Virus record (IMG/VR): IMGVR_UViG_3300048577_000498
Location: 1 to 49,931 of that record
Direction: 5' to 3' (one strand)
From: a virus
Lineage: Duplodnaviria; Caudoviricetes
Length of the DNA: 49,931 nt
The notes below the pieces were generated by a model that was given only the letters and a program-made list of their open reading frames with translations, had not been told where the DNA came from and did no database searches. Position numbers and translations under genes: made by a program. Positions 8,457 through 18,538 of the stretch are shown piece by piece (the stretch's first letter is position 1; each line of letters opens with the position of its first letter).

Positions 8457-10523
8457 TCAGTTCGCCCCGTCCGAATAGGCGCCGCGTGACAAAGCCGCGA
8501 ACTTCTCGGAAAACTTGCGCTCGACCGCGGCGGCGATCGCCTCGGTGGATTGCCCCGGCGCGGCCTGGACGTGGATGGTCACGGTGTTGGTCATCGTCCC
8601 GCCTCCCCCGCCCTGCCGCGCCGCGCCGGCCAGGGCCCGCTCCTTCAGAAGCCGCACCGTCTCGGCCGTCGAGGAGATCGCTCCGCTCGCCGGTGCCCTG
8701 AAGAGTTCCGGACCGCGCTCGCCGACCAGGTAGGACGCACCCTTGCGCACCGGCCCGCCGGCGGCCCGCGCGCCCGCCTTCGCAGTGCCGCCGGGCCCGG
8801 ACGGCTTGCCGGCGCCGCTCTCCTGGCCGCCGCCGAACACGCCCTTGATGGCGCCCGGGATCGCCTTGACCCATCCCAGCATGGCGCTGAAGGTCGCCTT
8901 CATGCCGTTCCACAACGACTCCAGGATGGCCTTGCCGGCAGCGAAGAGATCGACGCCGGTGAGTTCGGTCAGGGCGTCGTTGACCTTCGCCAATACCGCC
9001 TTGATCTCGTCCCAGTAGAGATAGATCGCGGCGCCGGCGGCAGCGACCGCCCCGGCAATCAGACCGATCGGCCCGAGGAACGCCAGGATCGCCGCCCCGG
9101 CGACCTTCAGCGCCCCGCCGACGCCGATGATCGAGGCCGCCGCCACGAACCCGATCATGGCGGTGCGTGCCGCGCGCAGCGCGGCGCCGAACGGAAACAG
9201 CGCGGCCTGGACCACCCAGATCGCACCCGCGAGGCCGACCAGCGCGCCCTTTGCCACCGCCAGCGCGCCGCCCCACATCCACAGGCAGCCGTACTTGGCC
9301 GCGACTCCCGCCGCCCGCAACCCGATCAGCGCCGCTGCTGTCGCCACGACGGCGCTCGTCAGCGCCGGGTTCTTCTCTGCGAACTCCGACATACGTCGCG
9401 TGATCGGCTCGATGATGTTGGCGAGCTTGGTGAGCCCAGGCAGCAACGCCGTCCCGACCGCCACCTTGATGCTCTCCAGAGCGATGCGAAACCGCATGGT
9501 GGCGGCGGCGCCAGTCTGCAGGCGGCGCTTGTAGTCCTCCTCGACCACGCCCTGCGCCTCCAGCGCCTCCTTCCTGATCTTGCGGTACTCCTTGATGTTC
9601 TGCATCAGCGGCCGCAGACCTTTCTGGACCTGGGCGTCCTCGAACAGATCACCGAGGCGGCCGAGATTGCCCTTCAGCGTCTTCTTGGTCAGCACTGCGA
9701 TCGCCTCGATCGGTGTCATGCCGGCCTTGGTCAGCTTGGCCATCTCCTTTTCCAGGTCGACGCCCATCTTCTTGAATTTGGTGCGCGTCGCCGGCGCGTT
9801 GATCTTCTGCAGGATGTTGCTGAGATTGGTCGCCGCTTCGGCGCTGTCGCCGGCGCCCTTCCTGACGATCTGCAGCGCGGCCGCGAGATCGGCCACCGCC
9901 GGCACGCCGGTCTGCTTGAGCGCCTGGTAGCCGGCGCCGAGGGAGGGGAAATACTGCGCCATGTCGCGCAGTTCGAACGCGCCCGCCTTGCCGGCCTGCG
10001 ACATTGCGTCAAGCGCCCGCGCGAACTGGTCGGCGGGCACTTTCAGATTGTCGAGCGCTGCATAGCCGGCTTGCGCCAGATCCTTGACCTCGGCCCGATA
10101 GGCCGTCGCGGCGCGGCCGATCGCCGGCAGCATCCCCATCGCGTCCGCACGGCTGGCCCCCATGCCGGCCAGAACATCCATGCCCTCGGCCATCTTGGCG
10201 GCCGTCTGCGTCACGTCGCGCGCGACGGCGCGGAGTTCGGCGCCGAGCCGCGGCAGCGCCTCGACCGGGATTTCGATCTTCTGGCCGATGTCTTCGAGCT
10301 GAGTCTCGAAATCGGTCGCCGCCGTCAGCGGCGCCCCGATCGCCTTGGCGAGGGTGTAGACCGCGGCCGCCGCCCCGAGCAGCTGCGTCTGCGTCGCCGC
10401 CAGCGCGGCGGTGTTGCGCTTCTGCGCCGCGCCGATCGCCGCAACGCCGCGCGCAACGGCGCGCGCCGGCGACGAGGCGCGATCGACCAGTTCGACGATC
10501 AGCTTGGAGATCAGGGTGCCCAT
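8457..10523 (-). CDS. tail tape measure protein
   Basis: 688 aa Ala-rich helical protein with AGKAGAFELRDMA core and C-terminal YLVGERGPELF. Confidence 0.9.
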   Translation of the reverse strand: MGTLISKLIVELVDRASSPARAVARGVAAIGAAQKRNTAALAATQTQLLGAAAAVYTLAKAIGAPLTAATDFETQLEDIGQKIEIPVEALPRLGAELRAVARDVTQTAAKMAEGMDVLAGMGASRADAMGMLPAIGRAATAYRAEVKDLAQAGYAALDNLKVPADQFARALDAMSQAGKAGAFELRDMAQYFPSLGAGYQALKQTGVPAVADLAAALQIVRKGAGDSAEAATNLSNILQKINAPATRTKFKKMGVDLEKEMAKLTKAGMTPIEAIAVLTKKTLKGNLGRLGDLFEDAQVQKGLRPLMQNIKEYRKIRKEALEAQGVVEEDYKRRLQTGAAATMRFRIALESIKVAVGTALLPGLTKLANIIEPITRRMSEFAEKNPALTSAVVATAAALIGLRAAGVAAKYGCLWMWGGALAVAKGALVGLAGAIWVVQAALFPFGAALRAARTAMIGFVAAASIIGVGGALKVAGAAILAFLGPIGLIAGAVAAAGAAIYLYWDEIKAVLAKVNDALTELTGVDLFAAGKAILESLWNGMKATFSAMLGWVKAIPGAIKGVFGGGQESGAGKPSGPGGTAKAGARAAGGPVRKGASYLVGERGPELFRAPASGAISSTAETVRLLKERALAGAARQGGGGGTMTNTVTIHVQAAPGQSTEAIAAAVERKFSEKFAALSRGAYSDGAN

Positions 10524-10527
10524 ATGA

Positions 10528-10737
10528 TCATCGCTTCTCGGTTTCGGCGCGCAGGATCACGGCGAGCGCGGCCGCATAGGCGTCGAACCGATCCCAGTCC
10601 AGATCTTCGATCTCGCCGATCGGCGTGTGCAGATGGCGGGCGAGAGTGGCGACCGCCACTATGGCGCCGGCGCCGTCTTGAGCGTTCCGGCCGCCGGCGC
10701 CCTGGCCGCGGCGATCGCGGCCATCGCCGACTTTCCC
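10528..10737 (-). CDS. gpE'/GT-like frameshift extension of the tail assembly chaperone
   Basis: -1 frame open from the GGGAAAG slippery site to the stop just before the tape measure gene; LARHLHTPIGEIEDLDW motif. Confidence 0.65.
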   Translation of the reverse strand, partial: GKVGDGRDRRGQGAGGRNAQDGAGAIVAVATLARHLHTPIGEIEDLDWDRFDAYAAALAVILRAETEKR

Positions 10738-10976
10738 ATCAGCGGCGCGGCGACCTCGCTCAATCGCTCGAAATCGTCGATGTCGAGCTCTTCGATGACA
10801 CCGATCGGAACGCCGGCCATGGATGCCAGGATCGCCATGGCGACGCGGGTCTCGCCGGTGACCAGGTCGCCGGCCACCAGGTCCTTGGCCTTCATTTTTC
10901 GCAGCGTCAGCACCGGATAGGGCTTTTCGTTGTAGGTGACCGGTACTTGCGGAGTGAAGGTGACGGGGCTGCTCAT
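10659..10976 (-). CDS. tail assembly chaperone (gpE/gp41-like)
   Basis: LTLRKMKAKDL...IEELDIDDF motif; between tube and tape measure genes. Confidence 0.85.
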   Translation of the reverse strand: MSSPVTFTPQVPVTYNEKPYPVLTLRKMKAKDLVAGDLVTGETRVAMAILASMAGVPIGVIEELDIDDFERLSEVAAPLMGKSAMAAIAAARAPAAGTLKTAPAP

Positions 10977-10990
10977 GTCGTCTACTCCCC

Positions 10991-11506
10991 TCACGCCAGC
11001 AGCGCAGCACGGATGCCGCTGGTCTGCGACACGCCGCCGACCGAGACCTCGAACGGCGTCATCTCGATCAGCGTTTCGCCGCCGACCTCGAGCTTGTAGT
11101 AGCGGAACGCGATGCCGTAGTCGTTCTCGGCCATGTCGCCGGGCTTCCACGAACCCGGATCGTGCTTCATCAGGCGACCGCGGATATAGGCCGTCGCGTT
11201 GAGGACGGTTCCGTCCTCGTGCGCCAGCGCGCCCGTCGCCATGAACTCCTTCTCGGCGCCGACCGCGAGCCCGAACAGCTTGATCACCTGCGGGTCGAGG
11301 CCGGGCATCTTGAACGACATTTCGGGCTTCTCGTAGCCCATTGGCACGTCGATTGGCATCACCATGCCGGCGTTGCGAAGCTCCTCCATCTTCTCGGTCG
11401 GGACCGGCAGCGTGATCTCGCTCGCCTGCCCGATCTTGGATACGCGATCGACGAAGATGGTGCTGTTGCGCAGGATGTAGCGCGGCATGTCGGAATTGGT
11501 CGCCAT
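10991..11506 (-). CDS. major tail tube protein (P2 FII family)
   Basis: ITLP...EELRNAGM and WKPGD...YYKLEV motifs. Confidence 0.9.
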   Translation of the reverse strand: MATNSDMPRYILRNSTIFVDRVSKIGQASEITLPVPTEKMEELRNAGMVMPIDVPMGYEKPEMSFKMPGLDPQVIKLFGLAVGAEKEFMATGALAHEDGTVLNATAYIRGRLMKHDPGSWKPGDMAENDYGIAFRYYKLEVGGETLIEMTPFEVSVGGVSQTSGIRAALLA

Positions 11507-11564
11507 GGCGGCGGGCTCCTTTGATGAATTGTCTGGACGAAGACTTGGTAAGGTCGGCCGCGCT

Positions 11565-13004
11565 TTAGGCGGCCAGCACGCCGCCGGTCGCGCTGATCTC
11601 CTGCGCGACCTGGTTGAGCAGCAACGTGTAGCTCGCGATGTTGCGATAGGAGGTGATGCGGATGTCCACCATCGGCGCCGGCGGCTCGAACTTGACGCCG
11701 AGCTTGACGATGCCCTGCGCCATCTCCTCGTCGGTGTTGGTGTCGAGCAGCCAGCAGTCGTGTCCCGGCAGGATGGCGCCTTCGAGTTCCATCAGGCGCA
11801 GGAAGGCACGGCCGCCCTCGATCATGAACTTGAGATTGGCCTTGCTGAACGGCTTGTCGACGAACTCCAGATAGGCCTTTTCCAGCGCCTCGTTGATCGC
11901 GTCCGCCGTACGGCGCACCGACACGAACTGCCAGATCGTCTCGCTGTCGCAGGTCCACACCCCCCAGGTCCGGAACCCGGTGTTGTCGATGTTGATGATG
12001 GTGTTGACGCGGTGCTCGTTGAGGTAGTTCGACTGCAGCCCGTATTCGATCGGGCGGTTGGTGCCGGTGATGCCGGCGATCTCGGTATTCGAGCCGGCCC
12101 ACCAGAATCCCTGTTCGAGATCCATCTTGGCCTGGCGGGCCGCCCAGATCGGCGACGACGGCTGCGGCACGTTGACGGCCGATTCGGTGTCGAATTTCAA
12201 CACCTTCGGATCGGCGATGAAAACGCGGCCGGAATTGATCAAGCCGCGATACTGCACCGCGGCCTGATCGGTGGTGTCCGGCCCGTCCACATAGGCGATT
12301 GCCTTCAGGCTCTCGGCGACGCCCATCAGTTCGGCGACGACCGGATTGATCACCGAGCCCTTGTTGGCCGTGGCGGCGCCGCCGGTGCCGCCGCCCCCCG
12401 TGATCGTCACCGTCAGGGTGCCGGCGTAGCCATAGCCGGGCTTCACCACCACGATCGAGGAGATCGCGCCTTCGACCACCACGGCCTTGAGCTCGGCGCC
12501 GGCGCCGCCGGTGCTGCCCGCAACCGTCACGTCCGGCGCCGACGTATAGCCGGTGCCCGCCGTGGTGACATTGACGGATGCGATGCCGTCCGCCGGCGAG
12601 GTCTGGGTGAAGCCGGGCGCGAGCAGCATCTTGGGCTTGTAGAGCCCGTCCGGCTTGGCGCGGCGGAACGCATGCACGCCGGTGAAGCTCGTCTGGCTGC
12701 CGACCAGGTTGGCCCAGGTCTCGGCCGTCGTCTCGCCCTCTTCGACGCGCACCACGATGACCGGGCAGCCAACCTGATCCCAGATCGAATCCAACGCTTC
12801 CATCAGCGTGCCGTCGGCGCCGAGGCCATCGGCGTCCATGGTGCGCAGGAGCTGGATCGGCTTGTCGAGCGGGAACTTGGTCACGTCCGCATCCGGCGCC
12901 GTGCCGATCAGGCCGATGACGGCCGTCTGCGCCGTCTTGACCAGCAGCGGGACTTCGCCGCTCTGAAAGACGCGCGTGCCATGGTGGAAGGACACAGAAG
13001 CCAT
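11565..13004 (-). CDS. tail sheath protein (P2 FI family)
   Basis: FHHG start, VIGLIGTAPDAD, LLAPGF, GFRTWG and FVSVRRT motifs. Confidence 0.93.
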   Translation of the reverse strand: MASVSFHHGTRVFQSGEVPLLVKTAQTAVIGLIGTAPDADVTKFPLDKPIQLLRTMDADGLGADGTLMEALDSIWDQVGCPVIVVRVEEGETTAETWANLVGSQTSFTGVHAFRRAKPDGLYKPKMLLAPGFTQTSPADGIASVNVTTAGTGYTSAPDVTVAGSTGGAGAELKAVVVEGAISSIVVVKPGYGYAGTLTVTITGGGGTGGAATANKGSVINPVVAELMGVAESLKAIAYVDGPDTTDQAAVQYRGLINSGRVFIADPKVLKFDTESAVNVPQPSSPIWAARQAKMDLEQGFWWAGSNTEIAGITGTNRPIEYGLQSNYLNEHRVNTIINIDNTGFRTWGVWTCDSETIWQFVSVRRTADAINEALEKAYLEFVDKPFSKANLKFMIEGGRAFLRLMELEGAILPGHDCWLLDTNTDEEMAQGIVKLGVKFEPPAPMVDIRITSYRNIASYTLLLNQVAQEISATGGVLAA

Positions 13005-13049
13005 TGCGGCTCTCCTTGGGTTCGAGGCTGGATGTCGGACGCGTTGAGG

Positions 13050-13661
13050 TCAGTACGCCGTGGCGATCGCCGCGAAGGCGGCGTCGATCTCGGCGGTGGT
13101 GGTGATGGTCGGCGGATCGGCGACCAGGCCGGCCTTGACGGACGCGTAGGCGACGAAGCAGGCGTTGACGTGCGCCTGCACGGCAGCCGAGATGGCAATC
13201 ATGGCGGCGGCATCGATCGGATAGCTCTCGCCATCGGCGCCGTCCCACACTGTCGTCCATGCGGCATCGGCCTCGGCCGCGACCCGGCCGCCGGCGATCA
13301 TGACTTTCGAACGATCATTGGTCGCGACCGGAACGCCAGCGACCGTGATGCCGGCGTTTTCGATCTCCCATCGCTTCGCCCTGGCATAGGCGAGGAGGTC
13401 GATAGGACCGGGCGGTTTGGCCTTCGGGGTCACTTGCCCATTGATGTAAGCCAGCGTGTGCGCGGGTGCAGCGCGTAGCTCGATCCAATCCGCCTCGGTG
13501 ATCTCGACGGCATCCATCGGGATCGACGGGTTGCGCTGTTCGGCCTGACCTGGCTCTCCGGTTTCGTCGTTGGCCGGAACCGCGGCGATCGGCTGGAAGA
13601 CATCCTCTGGATAGAACCCTGTCGGCCAACCTTCACCATCGAAGCGGGCGTATACCTTCAT
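13050..13661 (-). CDS. tail fibre assembly/chaperone-like protein (DUF4376-like C-terminus)
   Basis: GFY..D N-terminus and LLAYARAKRWEIENAGI..TNDRS...HVNACF C-terminus; follows the fibre gene. Confidence 0.7.
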   Translation of the reverse strand: MKVYARFDGEGWPTGFYPEDVFQPIAAVPANDETGEPGQAEQRNPSIPMDAVEITEADWIELRAAPAHTLAYINGQVTPKAKPPGPIDLLAYARAKRWEIENAGITVAGVPVATNDRSKVMIAGGRVAAEADAAWTTVWDGADGESYPIDAAAMIAISAAVQAHVNACFVAYASVKAGLVADPPTITTTAEIDAAFAAIATAY

Positions 13662-13665
13662 GTTG

Positions 13666-14763
13666 TCACCATCCGATCGCGACGTAGTGGAACGCGCTGC
13701 TCTCGCTACCGATTGCTCCGCTTGATGTGTAGCGGGGGTAAGCCGAGAACCCAGCGGCCGACTTGTTACCGACGCTGATCGAGAGCAGTGTTGTCGCCGC
13801 ATGGCCGGCTCCCATGGTCGCGACGACTGCGATGCAGGTGGCGGGGAACGTGGCCGGAAATGTCACCCACTGCTCGCCGCCAGATTTTGTGCCCCACTGC
13901 AGAATGAGTCCGTTTGGCAGCTTGAGATAGCCGTCGGTCGCAGTCAGGAGTGCGCTGTCTCCTCCGTGCCAGACCGCAGCACCATTGACGGTGGGCGTGG
14001 TGGTGAATTGGTAGCCGGAGTAGCCGCCCTCGACGGCAAACAAGAGGTACATACCGGCTTTGAAGCCAATGTAGCCGGCGCGCGAGCCATCCGGTTTGAA
14101 GAACGACAGGTAGCCCGGCGCTGAGCCATCGCCCGAGTTCATTGAAACGCTTCCGAGGCCCTCGCTACTGCGGACGGTGACTGTCCCGGCGAACGTGTCC
14201 CCCGCTTTGTCGGCCGGCTGGAAGCCCAGCTTGTCTTGCTTCGCGGCGATCGCCGAGATCATGGCTGCCTCGGCGCTCTCGTCGTTGGCCATCCATGCGG
14301 CAATTTCCTGAAGCGTGTCATAGGCGGCAGGCGCCGAGCCCTTGAGGGCATTGATCGCCGCCGTGATGTCGGCCGGCGTCGCCTTGCCGGCGACCAGCAG
14401 GACGATCTTGGCCAGCGTGTCGTAGTCGCCGGCGACGCCGCCGCGCAGGTCGGTCAGGATCGCCGTCCGCCGCGCGGGCGTGAGGAACTGGCGTCCGTCG
14501 GCCTCCTCGGCGACGAGCGCAGCAGGAACACCCGCACGGTAGTCTGCCAACAGCGCCGCGATCTCGGCGGCGCGCGGCGAGATCTCGGTTTCGATCGCCC
14601 GCACTACGCGGGCGACCAGGACGCTCGCGTCCGAGCCGAGATCGGCCAGGCCTCGCTCGAGCGCGTCGAAACGGAGGTCGACCGACAGCCTGAATTTGTT
14701 CTCGCTACGGAGAACCTCGTCCGTCCTGGCGGCGCGATATTCCGTCTCGAACTTGCGTGCCAT
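13666..14763 (-). CDS. tail fibre with C-terminal gp53-like receptor-binding domain
   Basis: YDTL.EIA repeats, DKAGDTFAG, GYLKLPNGLILQWG...TFP..FP...YVAIGW. Confidence 0.8.
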   Translation of the reverse strand: MARKFETEYRAARTDEVLRSENKFRLSVDLRFDALERGLADLGSDASVLVARVVRAIETEISPRAAEIAALLADYRAGVPAALVAEEADGRQFLTPARRTAILTDLRGGVAGDYDTLAKIVLLVAGKATPADITAAINALKGSAPAAYDTLQEIAAWMANDESAEAAMISAIAAKQDKLGFQPADKAGDTFAGTVTVRSSEGLGSVSMNSGDGSAPGYLSFFKPDGSRAGYIGFKAGMYLLFAVEGGYSGYQFTTTPTVNGAAVWHGGDSALLTATDGYLKLPNGLILQWGTKSGGEQWVTFPATFPATCIAVVATMGAGHAATTLLSISVGNKSAAGFSAYPRYTSSGAIGSESSAFHYVAIGW

Positions 14764-14773
14764 GGCGTCGACC

Positions 14774-14983
14774 TCAGAGGGCGATCCAGCTGTCGATTTT
14801 GTCGGCGTGCTCGCTGGAAAGAATCTTCGCCAGGAGCGCGCCGCTCACTTCCGTCGTCGACAAGCCGCCGAAGCCGACGCCGAAGGCCTTGAACCTGGCG
14901 CGCGCGACGACGCGATAATGGGAGGCCGGATCGATCGAGGACACATCCCTGGTCTCGGCGGTGGAAGTCGACTTTTTGGCCAT
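14774..14983 (-). CDS. small hypothetical tail-region protein
   Basis: 69 aa ORF filling the gap between co-oriented tail genes. Confidence 0.55.
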   Translation of the reverse strand: MAKKSTSTAETRDVSSIDPASHYRVVARARFKAFGVGFGGLSTTEVSGALLAKILSSEHADKIDSWIAL

Positions 14984-14989
14984 GGTGGT

Positions 14990-17311
14990 TCACTCCGTCG
15001 TGTGGGTACGGCGCTCGACGTGATAAGTCTTTCGGGCGTTGTTGGTGTTGCCGTCGAACCTGATCTTGCAGCCGGTGATGCCGGGGGGGGCGAAGGTGAA
15101 GGTCCAGATCATCTCGACGGCGTCGGCGCGCACGAGGCCGTCGGGCCCGATCACCGGCTTCACCTCAACCGCATCATGGGTCTTGACGGTCGCATACCCG
15201 GCCCCGCACAGGAGCTTGGCGACGAGCGTATGCCGCGCCGCGTCCCACGCACCGACGGTCGCCTTGACGTAGACGGTCTCCAGCGACGAACCGAACGCGA
15301 TTTCGGAAGAGATGTGCAGGAAGTCGTCGTCGGCGCGGAACACCTCGACTTCCGAGGCGCCCGTGTCGAGGATCGGCATGGCCCACTGGTTGCCGGTCAG
15401 GACCACGCGGAAATCGTAGTAGGGCGTCACGCCGGCGCCGAACAGCGTATCGTCGCCCTCCGGCGCCTGGATCGTCTGCCACGTCCCGCCGACCTGGAGC
15501 TGGAAGGTGCGGCTGGCATTCTCGGGCACCACTTCGGCGTTGCGGATGCGGATGTTGTGGATGCCACCATCGAGATTGACGCCCCGCAGCAAGACGGTCA
15601 GCGACGTCAACGGGAACTGACAGTACTCGGTGACGTGGCAGATGTCCCTGGTCAAGTCACCGACGAAGAAGGCACCGTCGGTGGACTCGAAATAATTGCC
15701 CGAAAGGAACTTCTGCCCTTCGGCGCTGGCGACCGTGACGTCGCCGGTGGTGGCGAACAGATAGGCATAGCGCTTGCCGGACTGGAGAAACTGCGGAATC
15801 GGCCACGGGAAGCGCGTCATCTCCGGCCACGCCTTGAATTGCGCCGCCGCCAGCGTGGTCCTGGTCAGCATGCGGCCGGGCCGCGGCGTGCCGTCATCAC
15901 CGCATTCGACCAGGGCGACCGTCACCTCGGCGCCGGCCGACCACGTCACGATGCCGAGCTGCATGCCGGGCGCGAAGCGGTCCTGGCTCTGCAGCCAGGA
16001 TTGCGCCTTGAGGACCCCCTGGATGGTGTGATGAATGGGTGCATAGACACTGTAGGGCTCCTGCACCGTCGTTGACCAGTACTTGCGCACGCGCATCATG
16101 CCGTGGGTCAGGCCGTACTGCACATAGTCCTGGTAGAAGCTCGCAACCTCGTAGGTTTCGTCGCCGATCCGGAAAATCCCCTTGGCGGGATCGTATTGTC
16201 CCGAGGCCCACCATGACGCGTTCGTGCACACCTCGAAGTAGTCCCCGTAAGCCGTCTCCTGCCGACTCATGAGCATTTGTGTCAGCTCCATGGTCTGGTA
16301 GACGGTGCCACCGAGCGGCACGGTGGCGGAACGTTCGGTGAGCTTGATGCCCTCGACGACGTTGTAGCGCGGGCAGATGAGCCCCTGCGCGGTATGCATC
16401 AGGTTGCCGTCATTCGCGTTGTAGAGCGCCAGCGGGTCCTTGTCCTGATTGGCCGCCGGGAAGCGCAAGCCTTCTATGATGCGGGCCTTGTAGTCGGCGT
16501 TGTCGCTGTCGCTCTCGTCTTCGTCGAGGAAGTTGTCGGCGCCGTAAGGCGAGCCGGTGTCGGGGATGTCGAGCCGGTCCTTCATCGAGGCGATGTCGCC
16601 CTGCACCGCCTGGAAGGCAATGCGGCTGACACCCTGCTTGAGCTGGCGGGCGAGCGCGGCGAGGTCGTTGCGCAGGCCGGCGATCTCCTGGTCGACCAGA
16701 CCGAGGCGGATCGCCAGGCCGGAATAGGCGACCGCGAGCGTATCGAGTTCCGGCGCCTCGTTCGCCGTCCGCATGGTGATCGTTTCGATGCCGCCGGTGC
16801 CGACCAGGAGGTCGCAGATGGCCACCGTGCCGAGCGGAATCGCCGGCTTGACCGGGATCACGCTCGGCGCGCCGGGATAAAGCTGCAGGATCGCATTGCG
16901 GGTCTTGGCGCGGGCGCCGGTCGCCGGCACCTGCTGGATGGCGGTGCCGCCGCCGGATTGCGCGATCTCACGTTCGTAGTTGCGCGCTTCAACGAAGCCG
17001 TCGTCCTCTCGGCCCTGTCCGATCAGCGTCACGTAGCACTTCTGGCCGGCGGTGATCGGCACGAACTCGGCGACCGACAGCGTCAGCGTCGATTGCAGCG
17101 CGTACATCACGCCGGCGTCGTAGATCCGGCCGGCGGCGATCTCGACCGCGGTCAGGCCGGAGGCCACCGTGGTGAAGCCCTTGTAGAGCCTGCCCGACAC
17201 CAGGAGGTCGTCGGTCAGCCGAGTGACGCCGTCTTGCGGGAAGCTGCCCAGGCGGTCGAGATCTTCGGCCGTGACTTCCTGGTCGATGTCGAAAATGGCG
17301 CGGTTGTACAT
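14990..17311 (-). CDS. large baseplate/tail-associated structural protein
   Basis: 773 aa with a coiled-coil then a beta-rich region (ADNFLD, EGLRFP, AQSW); follows gpI. Confidence 0.7.
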   Translation of the reverse strand: MYNRAIFDIDQEVTAEDLDRLGSFPQDGVTRLTDDLLVSGRLYKGFTTVASGLTAVEIAAGRIYDAGVMYALQSTLTLSVAEFVPITAGQKCYVTLIGQGREDDGFVEARNYEREIAQSGGGTAIQQVPATGARAKTRNAILQLYPGAPSVIPVKPAIPLGTVAICDLLVGTGGIETITMRTANEAPELDTLAVAYSGLAIRLGLVDQEIAGLRNDLAALARQLKQGVSRIAFQAVQGDIASMKDRLDIPDTGSPYGADNFLDEDESDSDNADYKARIIEGLRFPAANQDKDPLALYNANDGNLMHTAQGLICPRYNVVEGIKLTERSATVPLGGTVYQTMELTQMLMSRQETAYGDYFEVCTNASWWASGQYDPAKGIFRIGDETYEVASFYQDYVQYGLTHGMMRVRKYWSTTVQEPYSVYAPIHHTIQGVLKAQSWLQSQDRFAPGMQLGIVTWSAGAEVTVALVECGDDGTPRPGRMLTRTTLAAAQFKAWPEMTRFPWPIPQFLQSGKRYAYLFATTGDVTVASAEGQKFLSGNYFESTDGAFFVGDLTRDICHVTEYCQFPLTSLTVLLRGVNLDGGIHNIRIRNAEVVPENASRTFQLQVGGTWQTIQAPEGDDTLFGAGVTPYYDFRVVLTGNQWAMPILDTGASEVEVFRADDDFLHISSEIAFGSSLETVYVKATVGAWDAARHTLVAKLLCGAGYATVKTHDAVEVKPVIGPDGLVRADAVEMIWTFTFAPPGITGCKIRFDGNTNNARKTYHVERRTHTTE

Positions 17312-17326
17312 CGTTCGAGGCTCCTG

Positions 17327-18538
17327 TCAGCGACTGACCGTGAGGCCGTAGGTGGCGGTGTCGTCGAGCTTGGCGAGGTCGCCGTACACCAGCGGGCGAA
17401 TCGCATTGATGTCGAGAAACAGCGTGTCGCGCGCCGCCTGCGTCACGCCGAGGGTGCGCGCGAGTTCGGCGACGCGGACCTCCGGGCCGGCGCGCAGATA
17501 GCGCCCGGTCGGCGGGAACGCGCGCACCTTGGGCCCTGGCGCGTGCACGAGAATGGAGGCGGTGAACGCCGGCCGGCGCAGCCGGGTGCGGCCGAGCCGG
17601 TTGCGCATCCGCCCGAGCTGTGCCGAGCTGCCGTCGGCGAGCCGCAGGGACAGATAGGCCTGTTCGTCGGCGCGGTTCGGCCGCACGCCGCGGCGGCGCC
17701 AGGCGCCGTTCGCAAACAGCCCTTGCCCGCCCGGCAGCGGCTCCCACAGCCGGCGCGGGGTGACGTCGATCGGCGACAGGCCGGTCGCCGCGGCGTTCGG
17801 AATATAGGCGTCGCCGCCCGCCGTGAAGGACAGCAGCACCATGCGCTCGCTCGCCAGCCGGCCGTCTGGGACGCGGCGGGCGCGGATGCTCTTGCCGACC
17901 TGCAGCGTGGCCCGCCGCGGCCCGGGGATCACTAGCCGCTCCGGATCAGTCAGCAACCGGCCAGAGGCGTCGAGCCGGACGCCGGCAAACACCAGCGGCT
18001 GGATCGTGCCGTCGCGGCGCAGCTCGGCGCGCCGGCGACCGAGCACGATACGCGCGGCCGAGCCGGCGAACAGCCGGCCGACGAATTGCCCGGCGCGGGT
18101 CCGCTTGATCGCATAGTCCGCAAGATAGATGCGGATCTCCGGCAGTGCCGCCAGCCACGCCGCGTGACTGGCCTCGGTCGGCGCGGCGCCGGCGAAATAC
18201 GCATCGCGCGGCAGCCGGGCGCGGACCAGTTGCGCATCCACATAGCCGAGCGCCATGCGATAGCCGGCGACCGTGGTCTTGCGCTGGTGATAGATGCGCG
18301 CCTCGGCCACGACCTGGCGCTTGCGGTCGAGCGTCCAGGCCTCGTTCCAGATGTCGACCGACCACGCCCAGGCGAGCAGCGGCAATTGGGCGGCGGGACA
18401 CGTCCACGGGTCCCAGAGGGTGCAGATCGCGGCGACCCGGTCGAATTGCGCCGGCAACCGCGCAGCGGTGACGCCGCTGTTCGCCCGGTCGAACGCCGCC
18501 GCGTTCGGCGGCAGAAGCGACGTGACCGCGATACTCAC
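17327..18538 (-). CDS. P2 gpI-like baseplate/tail protein
   Basis: SLLPPNA, LWDPWTCPAAQLPLLAWAWSVDIW; GTG start overlaps the gpJ stop. Confidence 0.85.
   Translation of the reverse strand: MSIAVTSLLPPNAAAFDRANSGVTAARLPAQFDRVAAICTLWDPWTCPAAQLPLLAWAWSVDIWNEAWTLDRKRQVVAEARIYHQRKTTVAGYRMALGYVDAQLVRARLPRDAYFAGAAPTEASHAAWLAALPEIRIYLADYAIKRTRAGQFVGRLFAGSAARIVLGRRRAELRRDGTIQPLVFAGVRLDASGRLLTDPERLVIPGPRRATLQVGKSIRARRVPDGRLASERMVLLSFTAGGDAYIPNAAATGLSPIDVTPRRLWEPLPGGQGLFANGAWRRRGVRPNRADEQAYLSLRLADGSSAQLGRMRNRLGRTRLRRPAFTASILVHAPGPKVRAFPPTGRYLRAGPEVRVAELARTLGVTQAARDTLFLDINAIRPLVYGDLAKLDDTATYGLTVSR

Noticed and set aside
13666-17311. A second VR in the tail fibre or large tail protein
   Set aside because: I saw no TR-like sequence (GGSW...GSR...GARG) at these C-termini or elsewhere by eye; a self-BLAST of 37957-38084 would confirm.
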